From a virus (Duplodnaviria; Caudoviricetes): 31,826 nucleotides of DNA. This document shows, piece by piece, positions 23,631 through 31,826 of this stretch. The DNA lies in the IMG/VR virus record IMGVR_UViG_3300033076_000865, positions 1-31,826 of that record, one strand, 5' to 3'. Positions within the stretch are counted from its first letter, which is position 1, and each line of letters opens with the position of its first letter. The notes beneath the pieces are model-generated. The model had not been told where the DNA came from, searched no databases, and worked only from the letters and a program-made list of their open reading frames with translations. The translations under genes were made by a program, and so were the position numbers.

Positions 23631-24604
23631 GCGTTCGCCACCGACGGGTTGAGCGGCACCGAGTAGGTTGTCCCGTTCTGGGTGACGTCGAGGCTGGGCG
23701 AGACGCCGCCCAGGCTGGAGTCGGTGAAGTTGAGCGTGGACTGCACGCCGGGGATGCCGGCGATCACGGTCATGACGTCGAGGGCGTCGTTCAACTGCGT
23801 CACCGCGTTGTTGAGCGCGCTGGCCTTCTGGTTGTGCGTCATGTTGGGGTTGGTCGTGATCGAGGCCATGTATTGCAGCATCGTGTTGTAATACTGCGAG
23901 GCGTTCTGGCTGGTCTGCAGGACGATCTTGTTCTTGTCGCCCATCTCCTGAAGTTTGGTCTGGATCACGCCCTGGGCGTCGATCTTGGCGAGGTCGCCCG
24001 AGGTGACCAGCTTCTGGAGCGCCTGCTGGTTCTGGCCCTGCAGGGAGAGCAGCCCGACCTGATTGCTGGCCTGCGACGCCTGCGACAGGGCGGCGTTGGT
24101 CTGGCCGGCGTTGAACTGCCCGGTCTGGGTCTCGAGTTGCGAGTTCTGCAGGGAGGCGGTGTTGGCCGCCCCGGCGTTGGTCGCCAGCGCCTGGTTGCCG
24201 GCCTGCACGGTGTTCGTGGCCGCCCGCTCGTTGGTGGCGGCGTCGGCGGCGGCGATCGGCAAGGCGGCGTTGATAAGCCCCTGCTGGCCGGCCGAGATCG
24301 CCATGGTAGAGTTCAGCAGGCCGCGGGCGTTCATCTGTTCCCGCGCGCTTGCCTGCGCCTGCTCGAGGAGCGGCGAGCCCGAGGAAAGGATGTCTTTCAA
24401 CTGGCCCGCGACGGTCTGGCCCGGCGTCACGGTGAAGGATTGCGGGGTGTAGCTGGTCGGCTTGGCCTGCGCCGCGGTGGCCTGGGCAGCGTTGTAGCCG
24501 GTGACCGGCGCGCCGCTGCCCGCCGGATTGTCGCCCGTGACGGTGCTGTTGAGGCCCGGCGCAGTGTTGATGAGGCCCGGCGCGATGTTGGTCTGGTCCG
24601 CCAT
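23627..24604 (-). CDS. Internal virion / DNA transfer protein
   Basis: Q/A/N-rich; SPLLEQA...MNARGLLNSTMA...ALPIA motif common to podoviral ejection proteins; TGATG-coupled start at 24604. Confidence 0.75.
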   Translation of the reverse strand: MADQTNIAPGLINTAPGLNSTVTGDNPAGSGAPVTGYNAAQATAAQAKPTSYTPQSFTVTPGQTVAGQLKDILSSGSPLLEQAQASAREQMNARGLLNSTMAISAGQQGLINAALPIAAADAATNERAATNTVQAGNQALATNAGAANTASLQNSQLETQTGQFNAGQTNAALSQASQASNQVGLLSLQGQNQQALQKLVTSGDLAKIDAQGVIQTKLQEMGDKNKIVLQTSQNASQYYNTMLQYMASITTNPNMTHNQKASALNNAVTQLNDALDVMTVIAGIPGVQSTLNFTDSSLGGVSPSLDVTQNGTTYSVPLNPSVANA

Positions 24605-25857
24605 CACAGCACCTCGCGAATCACGATGCTCGACCACATGGCGCCGCCGAGCTTGCGGGCACCGCCGTATCCGTTGACGGTGATCGTGCCGCCGGCCGTC
24701 GTGCCGACCCGGACCTTGAACGTCGTCGCGCTGGTCGTGCCGGAGGTCATGGTCCGCTGGGCCCGCACGACGTCGATGGCGTTGGCGTCGGACACCTGCG
24801 CGACCCACGCCCCGATGGCGTCGGCCGTGCTGTCCTGGAACAGCGCGACGACCGGATTGTCCTGCACGTTGCTCGAGACATTGATGCAGATGTCGATGAC
24901 GAGCGTGCTGGTCGCGCTCTTGGGCGTGATCGAAAGGCTGAGGTACTGGTCGCCCTCGGTGCTCTGCGGCAGCGAGTCATCGTAGGGGATGGCGGTGCTT
25001 CCGGTGGAAACCGAACCGCTTATGGTGGACACGACCTGCCCGACCTGGCGGTCGGCATAGGCGGTGCTGGCCGCCTTGGTCGAGTTGTCGCTGATCGACT
25101 GCGTGCCGACGATCGGGCTCGACAGAGTCGGGCCGGTGGCGAACACCAGGGAACCGGAACCCGTCTCGTCGGTGCAGGCCGCGGCAATGTTGGACGACGA
25201 GAAGGTCGCCAGCATCGTGGTGACGCCGGTGCCGAGGCCGCCCGACAGCAGGGTCGCCACGTTGCTGCCGAGCGCGGTGGCAAGTGGCGTCGGCCACGAC
25301 GAGTGGAGTGCCGTTCCCAGCGCCGTCGACCAGTTCGAGCCCAGCGTCGCCCCGAGGACCGAGGACCAGCCGGAACCGATCGCCGCCCCCAGCACCGAGG
25401 TCCAGCCCGATCCGAAGCCGCTGACGCCCGCCAACGGCAGGCCGGTGCAGTTGGTCAGCGTCCCCGACGACGGCGTGCCGAGGACCGGCGCGGTGAGCGT
25501 CGGCGAGGTCAGCGTCTTGTTGGTCAGCGTCTCGGTGCCGGCCAGGGTGGCGAGCGTGCCGTTCACGCCCGGCAGGGTCAGGGTGACGTTGGCGGTCTGG
25601 GCGAGCGTGGTCGCATAGGCGCCGGTGGTCGTGAAATTGCCGCTGATCGTCAGGTTGCCGCCCAGCGTGATGCCGCCGGTGGTCGTGGTGAGGCCGGTGC
25701 CTCCGGTGTTGACCACGACGATGGCATTCGGGGTCAGGACCGTGGGCAGCATGTCGAAGCCGGCGGCGATCGCTGCGAACTCCGAGCGCATCGTGCCCGA
25801 GGTGCCCGGCGTGCCGGTGCCGGGATTTCCCGATGCGGTGTAGTACGGATTGCTCAT
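24604..25857 (-). CDS. Tail fibre protein
   Basis: N-terminal anchor MSNPYY...MRSEFAAIAAGFDMLP, TETLTNKTLTSP and ACTDETGSGSLVF fibre motifs, C-terminal beta head (SITPKSATS). Confidence 0.82.
   Translation of the reverse strand: MSNPYYTASGNPGTGTPGTSGTMRSEFAAIAAGFDMLPTVLTPNAIVVVNTGGTGLTTTTGGITLGGNLTISGNFTTTGAYATTLAQTANVTLTLPGVNGTLATLAGTETLTNKTLTSPTLTAPVLGTPSSGTLTNCTGLPLAGVSGFGSGWTSVLGAAIGSGWSSVLGATLGSNWSTALGTALHSSWPTPLATALGSNVATLLSGGLGTGVTTMLATFSSSNIAAACTDETGSGSLVFATGPTLSSPIVGTQSISDNSTKAASTAYADRQVGQVVSTISGSVSTGSTAIPYDDSLPQSTEGDQYLSLSITPKSATSTLVIDICINVSSNVQDNPVVALFQDSTADAIGAWVAQVSDANAIDVVRAQRTMTSGTTSATTFKVRVGTTAGGTITVNGYGGARKLGGAMWSSIVIREVL
25198..25413 (-). repeat. Six degenerate 36-bp (12-aa) tandem repeats in the tail fibre shaft
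   Basis: GSGWTSVLGAAI / GSGWSSVLGATL / GSNWSTALGTAL / HSSWPTPLATAL / GSNVATLLSGGL / GTGVTTMLATFS. Confidence 0.75.
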
Positions 25858-28028
25858 ACGCGGATCCCCCGGCGAGGCGACCAGTGGTAGATCAGGCTGT
25901 TGATGGTGAACGGCGGCAGGATTGCCGAGGTCGAACGGATGGTGACCTGCACGTTCTCGGCGGTGCCCACCATGTCGACATCGGTGGGTGCGAGCGTGCG
26001 GCCGTCCCAGATGAAGTTGTCCCAGACGAAGGAGTCCCACAGCGGCGGCGGCGTGAAGCTCGAGGTGTAGGACTGCGGCGTCGGCTGCGTGATGGTCGGG
26101 GTGCCGTAGCCAAGCTGGTAGCCGTAGGAGAACGTGGCGTAGCCGTCGCTCTGCACCTCGATCGAGGCGGCGCGGAACCGCTTGCGGACGCGCGGGGACT
26201 TCAGCGCATCCCAGGCCGGCGTGATGTAGGCGTCGATCGCCGCCCCGTCGAAGCTGGTGCCCTTGTCCAACTGGTAGACGTAGCCCTGCCCGTCCGACGA
26301 TCCGAAGTAGGCGACCTCCTCGCCGTCCCAGTTCGTGTCCTCGTCGCAACAGAAGACCGGGTTGGGGAACAGCACCGTCGTCGCGCCGAGGTAGGTCTGG
26401 TTGGCGAAGGTCATCCAGAGGCCGTAGCCGTCGCTGAAGAACAGCCGGTACTGGCCCTTGTTGCGGCTGATGGTCGACGCGATCTGCCGCACGCGCTCGC
26501 GCTCGATGAACGGCATGATGTTGCGCGTCAGCGTGCTGCTCTGGAAGTTGCCGAAGTTGAAGGTGGTCTGGAACGTGACCACGCCCAGGGAGTCCATCAC
26601 GAAGGCGTCGAACAGGTTCTGCGCCGAGAACGGCCGGCCGCCGCCGCCGGCATTGAACGGCACCGCCTGGAACGTGCCCTGCCCGGTGCCGTAGATGACC
26701 GAGGTGTTCTGGTGCATCCAGACGCCGAGTGCCGGCGAGGTCTGGTTGCCCGGCAGGGTGAGCATGGCGTTGACGGTGTCGCCCAGCGCCATCTCGCCGC
26801 CGCCGTCGACCGACAGGAACTTGTAGGGCTCACCGTCGCCCGAGAACGCGAGTGAACTGCCGTAGGACAGGAACAGGTGGTTGCGGTGGGCGGCGATGTG
26901 CGTAGGCGTGACGCCGATGGGGATCGGCGCCAGGATCGTGCCGTCGAACTCAAAGGCGTCGTTCACGCCGTCGCAGCCGTAGATCCGCTGCGTCGTGCGC
27001 TGGCCGCTGAAGTTGGCCTTCGCGAACTCGAAATGGCCGCCCGGCAGCAGGACGATCTGCGACGCCGCCCCGCCGAGCGTCACCGTCGAGCCCGAGGGGG
27101 TGGTCGCCGTGCCAGCCGTGAATTGCCCGCCCGAGGGCGAGGTCACGACCATGATGCCGGCCGCCGTGCCGGCCCAGGAACCGGACTGCCAGACCACGCG
27201 CTTGACCGTCGCCGCGACCGTGCCCTGCGACAGCATCTCGCCCTCGGTCGGCTCGACGCCGTTGCCCGCCGTGAACGCGACGGTGCAGTGCAGCGGCACC
27301 TCGACCCAGCCCGAGGTCGAGGTCTTGAACACGCGGACATAGGTGCCCGTCGGATCGGCCCGGAAGGCGAAGACCTGGTCGGTCGTGTCGAAGGTGATGG
27401 CGCAGACGCCGAGGACAGCCCCGCTTCCCGGCACCGGGCCGATGGCGGTGCGGTAGATGTCGGCCGCAGCGGCGGTGTACTGGGCAGACTGGAGCGCCGA
27501 GATCGACACCGAGGTCTCGACAGCCGTGCCGACCACCTCGAGCGTCGGCACCTGCAGGGTGCCCGTGACGGTGAGCGAGGTGGTCACAGTCAGCGGGTTG
27601 CCGGTTTCGACGTAGATCGTGTCGCCGACCTCGAACGTGCCGGTCACCTTGGTCACGACCATGTACTTGGCGTCGACCTGGTTGTAGACGGCGGCGACGT
27701 AGCCGGTCGCGCCGGTGGTGGTCTGGCGGATGCGGGCGCCGACCGCGGGGACGGTCGTGAAGGCGTCGACCTGGCCGATGATGTAGGACGCGCTCGACGG
27801 GGCGGCCTGCCCATCGACGCGCTCGTAGCCTGCGATGCGGGTGTAGCCGCCGTTCAGGGCGCACTCGTAGTTCAGCACGTCCCGCAGCGCGCCGGGATGC
27901 AGCGCCAGGCTGGGCGTGGTGAGGTCGAGGCCGCCGGGATAGGTGGTGCCGCCTTTCGACAGCGCGCCGAGTTGCGTCACCGAGTAGGCGACCTTGGGGA
28001 ACATTGGAGCCCGATTCATCGCATTCAC
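25854..28028 (-). CDS. Tail nozzle / DNA-stabilisation protein (P22 gp10 / T7 gp12 analogue)
   Basis: GGLDLTTP...NYEC...GY.RI.GYER N-terminus, beta-propeller-like repeats, RKRFR near C-terminus; GTG 28028 overlaps HNH stop (alternatives 28019/28004). Confidence 0.8.
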   Translation of the reverse strand: MNAMNRAPMFPKVAYSVTQLGALSKGGTTYPGGLDLTTPSLALHPGALRDVLNYECALNGGYTRIAGYERVDGQAAPSSASYIIGQVDAFTTVPAVGARIRQTTTGATGYVAAVYNQVDAKYMVVTKVTGTFEVGDTIYVETGNPLTVTTSLTVTGTLQVPTLEVVGTAVETSVSISALQSAQYTAAAADIYRTAIGPVPGSGAVLGVCAITFDTTDQVFAFRADPTGTYVRVFKTSTSGWVEVPLHCTVAFTAGNGVEPTEGEMLSQGTVAATVKRVVWQSGSWAGTAAGIMVVTSPSGGQFTAGTATTPSGSTVTLGGAASQIVLLPGGHFEFAKANFSGQRTTQRIYGCDGVNDAFEFDGTILAPIPIGVTPTHIAAHRNHLFLSYGSSLAFSGDGEPYKFLSVDGGGEMALGDTVNAMLTLPGNQTSPALGVWMHQNTSVIYGTGQGTFQAVPFNAGGGGRPFSAQNLFDAFVMDSLGVVTFQTTFNFGNFQSSTLTRNIMPFIERERVRQIASTISRNKGQYRLFFSDGYGLWMTFANQTYLGATTVLFPNPVFCCDEDTNWDGEEVAYFGSSDGQGYVYQLDKGTSFDGAAIDAYITPAWDALKSPRVRKRFRAASIEVQSDGYATFSYGYQLGYGTPTITQPTPQSYTSSFTPPPLWDSFVWDNFIWDGRTLAPTDVDMVGTAENVQVTIRSTSAILPPFTINSLIYHWSPRRGIRV

Positions 28029-28489
28029 GGCAGGTGCTCCCATCGCTGCCTCGCGTTGATACGGCTGACCGCAGGCTGCGTAATGCCAAACAACCTCCCA
28101 ACACTTCGTTGACTGTGGCCGGTGGCGCACAAGTTCCTGATGGCCTCAATTTGTTCGTTGGTAAGTTTGGCGCGCCCGTGTCGGTCGCCGCGATTAGTGC
28201 GGTCTTTGGCTTTGGCGTCTCGCATATTGTCTTTTGCGGTGCCCAGAAAAAGATGGCTTGGGTTCACGCACCGTGGGTTGTCGCACTTGTGACAGACATC
28301 CAGCCCTGGCGAGATGTCCCCATGGGCCAACTGGTAAGAAAGTCGATGAGCCCTGAATGGAGACAAGCCGCGGCCGCGCGCCAATTGCCCATAACCGCTG
28401 CCATCGCATGACGCGGTCCACAGCCAACAGCCATCGGTCTTTTGGACCTTGGCCCAGAACCTTTGCTCAATGGGCGGACGGGCGTTCAT
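28025..28489 (-). CDS. Second HNH homing-type endonuclease
   Basis: RFWAKV..TDGCWLW...GYG...AHRLSY...VCHKCDNPRCVNPSHLFLGTAKDN...AKLT...HTH; more AT-rich than flanks. Confidence 0.9.
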   Translation of the reverse strand: MNARPPIEQRFWAKVQKTDGCWLWTASCDGSGYGQLARGRGLSPFRAHRLSYQLAHGDISPGLDVCHKCDNPRCVNPSHLFLGTAKDNMRDAKAKDRTNRGDRHGRAKLTNEQIEAIRNLCATGHSQRSVGRLFGITQPAVSRINARQRWEHLP

Positions 28490-29199
28490 GCCAGCGGCCC
28501 CGCGACGCTCATCATCGGCGCCTGCAGCGCGCCAAGCTGGCGCATCATCTTGTCGTAGCTTCCCTGGCCGCGCGCCATCACCTCGGGCGCGGCCTCGTAG
28601 CCGGCGTAGAAGGTCATGGCGAGGTAGACGATCGCCATGTGGAACTCGGTCGGCATGCCGGGCTCGTCGTCGTCGGCCGACATCAGCGTCGGCTTGACCC
28701 AGTAGTCGGCCGTGACCGTGTAACCCGCGGTGGGCGGCGGCCCGAGGCAGACCGACTTGTCGGGGCCGATCGCCACCGCCACCGGCCGGGTCTGCACCGA
28801 GCGCATGGCGCCGTACATATAGCCGTCGCGCCATCTGTCGTAGGAGATCGGGTCGAGAAAGGTCTCGTTGGTGTACCCGACCGTCGTGGTGTAGGCGCGG
28901 AAGGTGGACCGATCCCACTTCTGGAACGACGCCGCCGCCACGCCGCAGGTGCCGGCGCCGGTGCCCAGCGGATAGGTGGCCGTGCCGGCGACGGTCGTGA
29001 ACGAGGCGCCCTCGCCCAGCAGAACGCTGCTGCGCATCCAGTCCCAGTCGTTGCGCCGGCTCTGGATCTCGAGCCACGCCTGGTTGACCCAGTCCACGAA
29101 CCGCTGCGCCTCGCCGCTGGCGCCGGACACCGTCGACAGCGAGGTGCCCGAGGCGCCGCACTCCCGGATGGCACGCTGGACCAGGGCGAGGAAGTTCAT
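28486..29199 (-). CDS. Head-tail adaptor protein
   Basis: MNFLALVQR...WVNQAWLEIQ..RNDWDWM...P.MP.EFHMAIVY.A; directly upstream of nozzle (apart from the HNH). Confidence 0.78.
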   Translation of the reverse strand: MNFLALVQRAIRECGASGTSLSTVSGASGEAQRFVDWVNQAWLEIQSRRNDWDWMRSSVLLGEGASFTTVAGTATYPLGTGAGTCGVAAASFQKWDRSTFRAYTTTVGYTNETFLDPISYDRWRDGYMYGAMRSVQTRPVAVAIGPDKSVCLGPPPTAGYTVTADYWVKPTLMSADDDEPGMPTEFHMAIVYLAMTFYAGYEAAPEVMARGQGSYDKMMRQLGALQAPMMSVAGPLA

Positions 29200-29201
29200 G
29201 G

Positions 29202-29693
29202 TCAGAAGTTCCGGCGGCGGACTTCCGCCGCCCAGTCGCGACCGCGCGGGTTGCGGTCCTCGATGATCGTGAAGTTCACCAGGGCAGAGGTGTTGTGGTT
29301 CACCCGGTTGATCTTGTCGTCGCCGCGGTCGGTGACCTCGGTGGTGACGTTGTCGACCTTGGCGCGCAGCAGCACCTCGACGTACTTGCGCTTGGTGGTG
29401 AGTTCGACGCCGACCGGGAAGTAGGTGACGGGAACCCAGCGGCCACCCATCAGCACCTCGCCGCCGCGGCCGTTGACCCAGACCGGGAAGGAGTTGGCGG
29501 GGTTCTTCTCGTTGCTGGGGTTGATCTGGATGACGACCGGCTCGTCCATGAACTTGAGGCGATCGGCGTAGTCGCGATCGAGCATGTCCTGGTCGGCTTC
29601 GATGATCTCCGGCTCGCGCTCGTGCGGATCGTCGCTGTGCGACTCCTTCTGCTCGATCTTGAGGTCGGATGTGTGCAGGGCGGCCCGTGCCAT
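29202..29693 (-). CDS. Conserved hypothetical morphogenesis protein
   Basis: GAAGGA SD; EPVVIQI...VWVNG...YVEVLLRAK pattern; position after head genes. Confidence 0.75.
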   Translation of the reverse strand: MARAALHTSDLKIEQKESHSDDPHEREPEIIEADQDMLDRDYADRLKFMDEPVVIQINPSNEKNPANSFPVWVNGRGGEVLMGGRWVPVTYFPVGVELTTKRKYVEVLLRAKVDNVTTEVTDRGDDKINRVNHNTSALVNFTIIEDRNPRGRDWAAEVRRRNF

Positions 29694-29743
29694 GACTTTG
29701 TCCTTCTGAGGGTTGCGGCGCCATCACGGCGCGGCGGGGAGTG

Positions 29744-29769
29744 AAAGGCGGGGCCGAAGCCCCGCCCCT
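29744..29769 (-). terminator. Intrinsic terminator/attenuator after the head genes
   Basis: GGCGGGGC-TTCG-GCCCCGCC (C-UUCG-G loop) followed by a short TTTC. Confidence 0.7.
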
Positions 29770-29773
29770 CGGA

Positions 29774-30265
29774 TCAGGAGACCTGCGGACGATCCGGCAG
29801 GCTGACGATGTCCACGAACGTGTAGGTGATGCCCGTCACGCTCGAGTTGTTCGAGGTGCCGAAGATCCAGCCCGTCGTGGCGTTGGCCGTCGACCCCGCC
29901 TTGATGACCAGGTAGGCCAGCGGGCAGAAGTCGGTCGGCAGGGCCGGGAACTGCGGCGCCTGGATGAAGGCGCCGGTGGCGTCCAGGCTCTCGATCGTGC
30001 CCTGCGCGACCTTCATCGCGCCGGCTGCGTTGATGCCGATGACGTACACCGAGCCCTTGTTGGCGACGACGCCGGTGAAAGCGGAGCCGCTGTTGGCGTC
30101 GGTGGTCGGCGTGGCCGTGTTCGACCAGGCCGAGGCCGAGTACGCCTTGCCACGGATCGCGTAAACGATCGTGCCGGTGCTCGACAGCGTGGTGGTGGTG
30201 CCGGCGGCCACGGTCGCCTTGACCAGGGCCATCGTGACGGGTGCAAAAGCAAGAGGATCGGACAT
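29774..30265 (-). CDS. Head decoration-like virion protein (paralogue 2)
   Basis: T/A/G-rich beta protein, AAAGGA SD, similar to the upstream gene. Confidence 0.7.
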   Translation of the reverse strand: MSDPLAFAPVTMALVKATVAAGTTTTLSSTGTIVYAIRGKAYSASAWSNTATPTTDANSGSAFTGVVANKGSVYVIGINAAGAMKVAQGTIESLDATGAFIQAPQFPALPTDFCPLAYLVIKAGSTANATTGWIFGTSNNSSVTGITYTFVDIVSLPDRPQVS

Positions 30266-30289
30266 GACGATTTCCTTTCAGGTCGCCGT

Positions 30290-30796
30290 TCAGACGCCCA
30301 GGATGACGGTCGGGTCGAACGCCCCGACGGGGTTGATGTAGACGGTGGTGGCGGTGTCGAGGGCGGTGGTCCCGCCCACGAACGTGCTTCCGTAGGTCAC
30401 CAGCAGGATGCCGATGAGCGCCTTCTTCTCGGGGAACTGCGGCCACTTCACCGTGCCGATGGTCGCCCCTTCCGTCCCCATGGCCACGCTGGTCGTGCCG
30501 GCGCTGTCCACGAAGAAGCAGAAGACGTTGTACTTGCTGGCCGTGATGCTGAGGCCCGTCAGGGCCGGCATGTCGGTGCTCGCCGCAATCTTCACGAGGA
30601 CGCCGTTGGCGACCGCGTAGAAGTCGGACGAACCGGTTTTTGCGAGCGTGCTGCCGCCGGCCTTGATGACGAGGCCGGCGCTGGTCAGCGCGCACGAACT
30701 GTACTTGTCCGCCAGCGGGAACACGACGCGACGCACAGCCCGTTGGTCGAGCTGGCTCGTCATGGCCGAGAGGTAGCGGATGACGGTATCGAGCAT
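30290..30796 (-). CDS. Head decoration-like virion protein (paralogue 1)
   Basis: AGGAGG SD; immediately after the major capsid gene. Confidence 0.7.
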   Translation of the reverse strand: MLDTVIRYLSAMTSQLDQRAVRRVVFPLADKYSSCALTSAGLVIKAGGSTLAKTGSSDFYAVANGVLVKIAASTDMPALTGLSITASKYNVFCFFVDSAGTTSVAMGTEGATIGTVKWPQFPEKKALIGILLVTYGSTFVGGTTALDTATTVYINPVGAFDPTVILGV

Positions 30797-30834
30797 GGTG
30801 GTGCCCTCCTATGTGTGGGTGGTCACCGGCCCGA

Positions 30835-31824
30835 TCAGGTCAGGGTCTTGCTGCCGACGTAGCCGACCGCCATCCAGCCCTGGTTCTCGATCATGACGGC
30901 CTTCCACCAGGACGTGCCGGCGTAGCCGCGCTGGCCGAGCGGGTCGGACTTCGACTTCTCGCCGGGCGGCAGGTAGGTCGGTGACATCGAGTTCATGCCG
31001 CGCACCGCGATCTGGCCCCAGGCGTCCTGGGCGGCCACGATGAACGGGTAGACGTCGATGTTGGTGCCCGTGGTCGAGGCCAGCCCGGTCGAGCCGACCG
31101 CGGCGCCGCCGTCCTGGATCGACGGCAGGTCGGGCGAGGTGATGAAGCGGATGCGCTCGCACTTGCCGATCTCGTTCGCCATCGGCGTGCCCGAGGCGTA
31201 CTTCTCGGCCGGCACGAAGTTGGGCAGGTCGCGGATGTCGGGCTCGAGGTCGGTGTGGCAGTAGACCGTGTAGCCCTCGGCGACGGCGTCGGTGCCGAAG
31301 TTGCCGGACGCCTTCAGCACCTTGTTCACCGGCTTGCCGTGGTTGGCCTGCAGGCCCTTCACGATGCGGCGCACGATGCCGAGCGTCAGGCCGCCGTTGA
31401 CGGTGGCGATCGACGTGCCGGTGCCGCCGTAGTAGGCGTTGGTGCAGGCGCGCAGCGCACCCCAAATGATCATTTCGTTGACGAACGTGACGCGCTCGCC
31501 GATCTGCTGGATCATCTGCTGCGGGATGTCGTCCTCGTAGAGGGCGTAGGTCTTGTCCGTGAAGCCGTACAGGCAGCCGTACTGCTGGATCACGACCGTG
31601 GTGTCCTGCGGCACGATGCTGTCCGGCGACGGCGTGACGCCTTCCGCGATCTGGTGCGCCTGCACGACGGCCTGGCCGCGATCGCCGGTCCCGTCCTGGA
31701 AGAAGCGGTTGATCGTGTTCGCCGAGGTGGCGGTGGCGCCGTAGGGCAGCCAGCGACGGGCGACGTAGGTGTCGCTGTTGTTCTTCGGCATCGGGATCTG
31801 CCGGCCGGTGCGGCCGAGGACCTC
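30835..31824 (-). CDS. Major capsid protein, N4-gp56 family (5' end outside window)
   Basis: EVLG...MPKN.SDT...RR, EGVTP, QYG, HTDLEPDIR, EIG..ERIRFI, KSDPLGQRG motifs; frame open to window edge. Confidence 0.9.
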   Translation of the reverse strand, partial: EVLGRTGRQIPMPKNNSDTYVARRWLPYGATATSANTINRFFQDGTGDRGQAVVQAHQIAEGVTPSPDSIVPQDTTVVIQQYGCLYGFTDKTYALYEDDIPQQMIQQIGERVTFVNEMIIWGALRACTNAYYGGTGTSIATVNGGLTLGIVRRIVKGLQANHGKPVNKVLKASGNFGTDAVAEGYTVYCHTDLEPDIRDLPNFVPAEKYASGTPMANEIGKCERIRFITSPDLPSIQDGGAAVGSTGLASTTGTNIDVYPFIVAAQDAWGQIAVRGMNSMSPTYLPPGEKSKSDPLGQRGYAGTSWWKAVMIENQGWMAVGYVGSKTLT

Positions 31825-31826
31825 GA

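Noticed and set aside
1-31826. CRISPR array, diversity-generating retroelement, invertible tail-fibre shufflon, IS elements
   Set aside because: No regularly spaced repeat-spacer array, reverse transcriptase, TR/VR pair, invertase with inverted repeats or transposase was seen by eye.

Overview
The whole window is a GC-rich temperate podovirus-like phage genome segment, probably from an alphaproteobacterial host (inferred from GC content and the tRNA-like att core). Left end (+): xis-like gene, an intact attP-like region (3' end of a tRNA-Leu-like gene, paired arm repeats, helically phased TGCC array) and a tyrosine integrase. These are followed by an antisense HNH endonuclease and two small + strand accessory genes. 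The rest is a tightly coupled late operon on the - strand. In transcription order: N4-gp56-type major capsid (truncated), two paralogous decoration-like proteins, adaptor, a second HNH, nozzle, tail fibre, internal/ejection proteins, a 3341-aa large polyvalent protein, a second adsorption module with a beta-helix tailspike, then holins, endolysin, Rz and Rz1. The most striking unexplained signals: (1) the giant protein is divided into modules by five FSPR motifs and carries an HExxH zincin motif, suggesting a self-processing injected polyprotein; (2) counter-oriented leaderless 'moron' genes whose antisense strand forms an ORF coupled to both flanking late genes, with an identical 15-nt junction; (3) a recurring (G/A)-(L/I)-I-N motif in four ejection proteins; (4) a duplicated Rz1 3' end bracketing an accessory gene. 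All family assignments come from motif recognition, not database searches.
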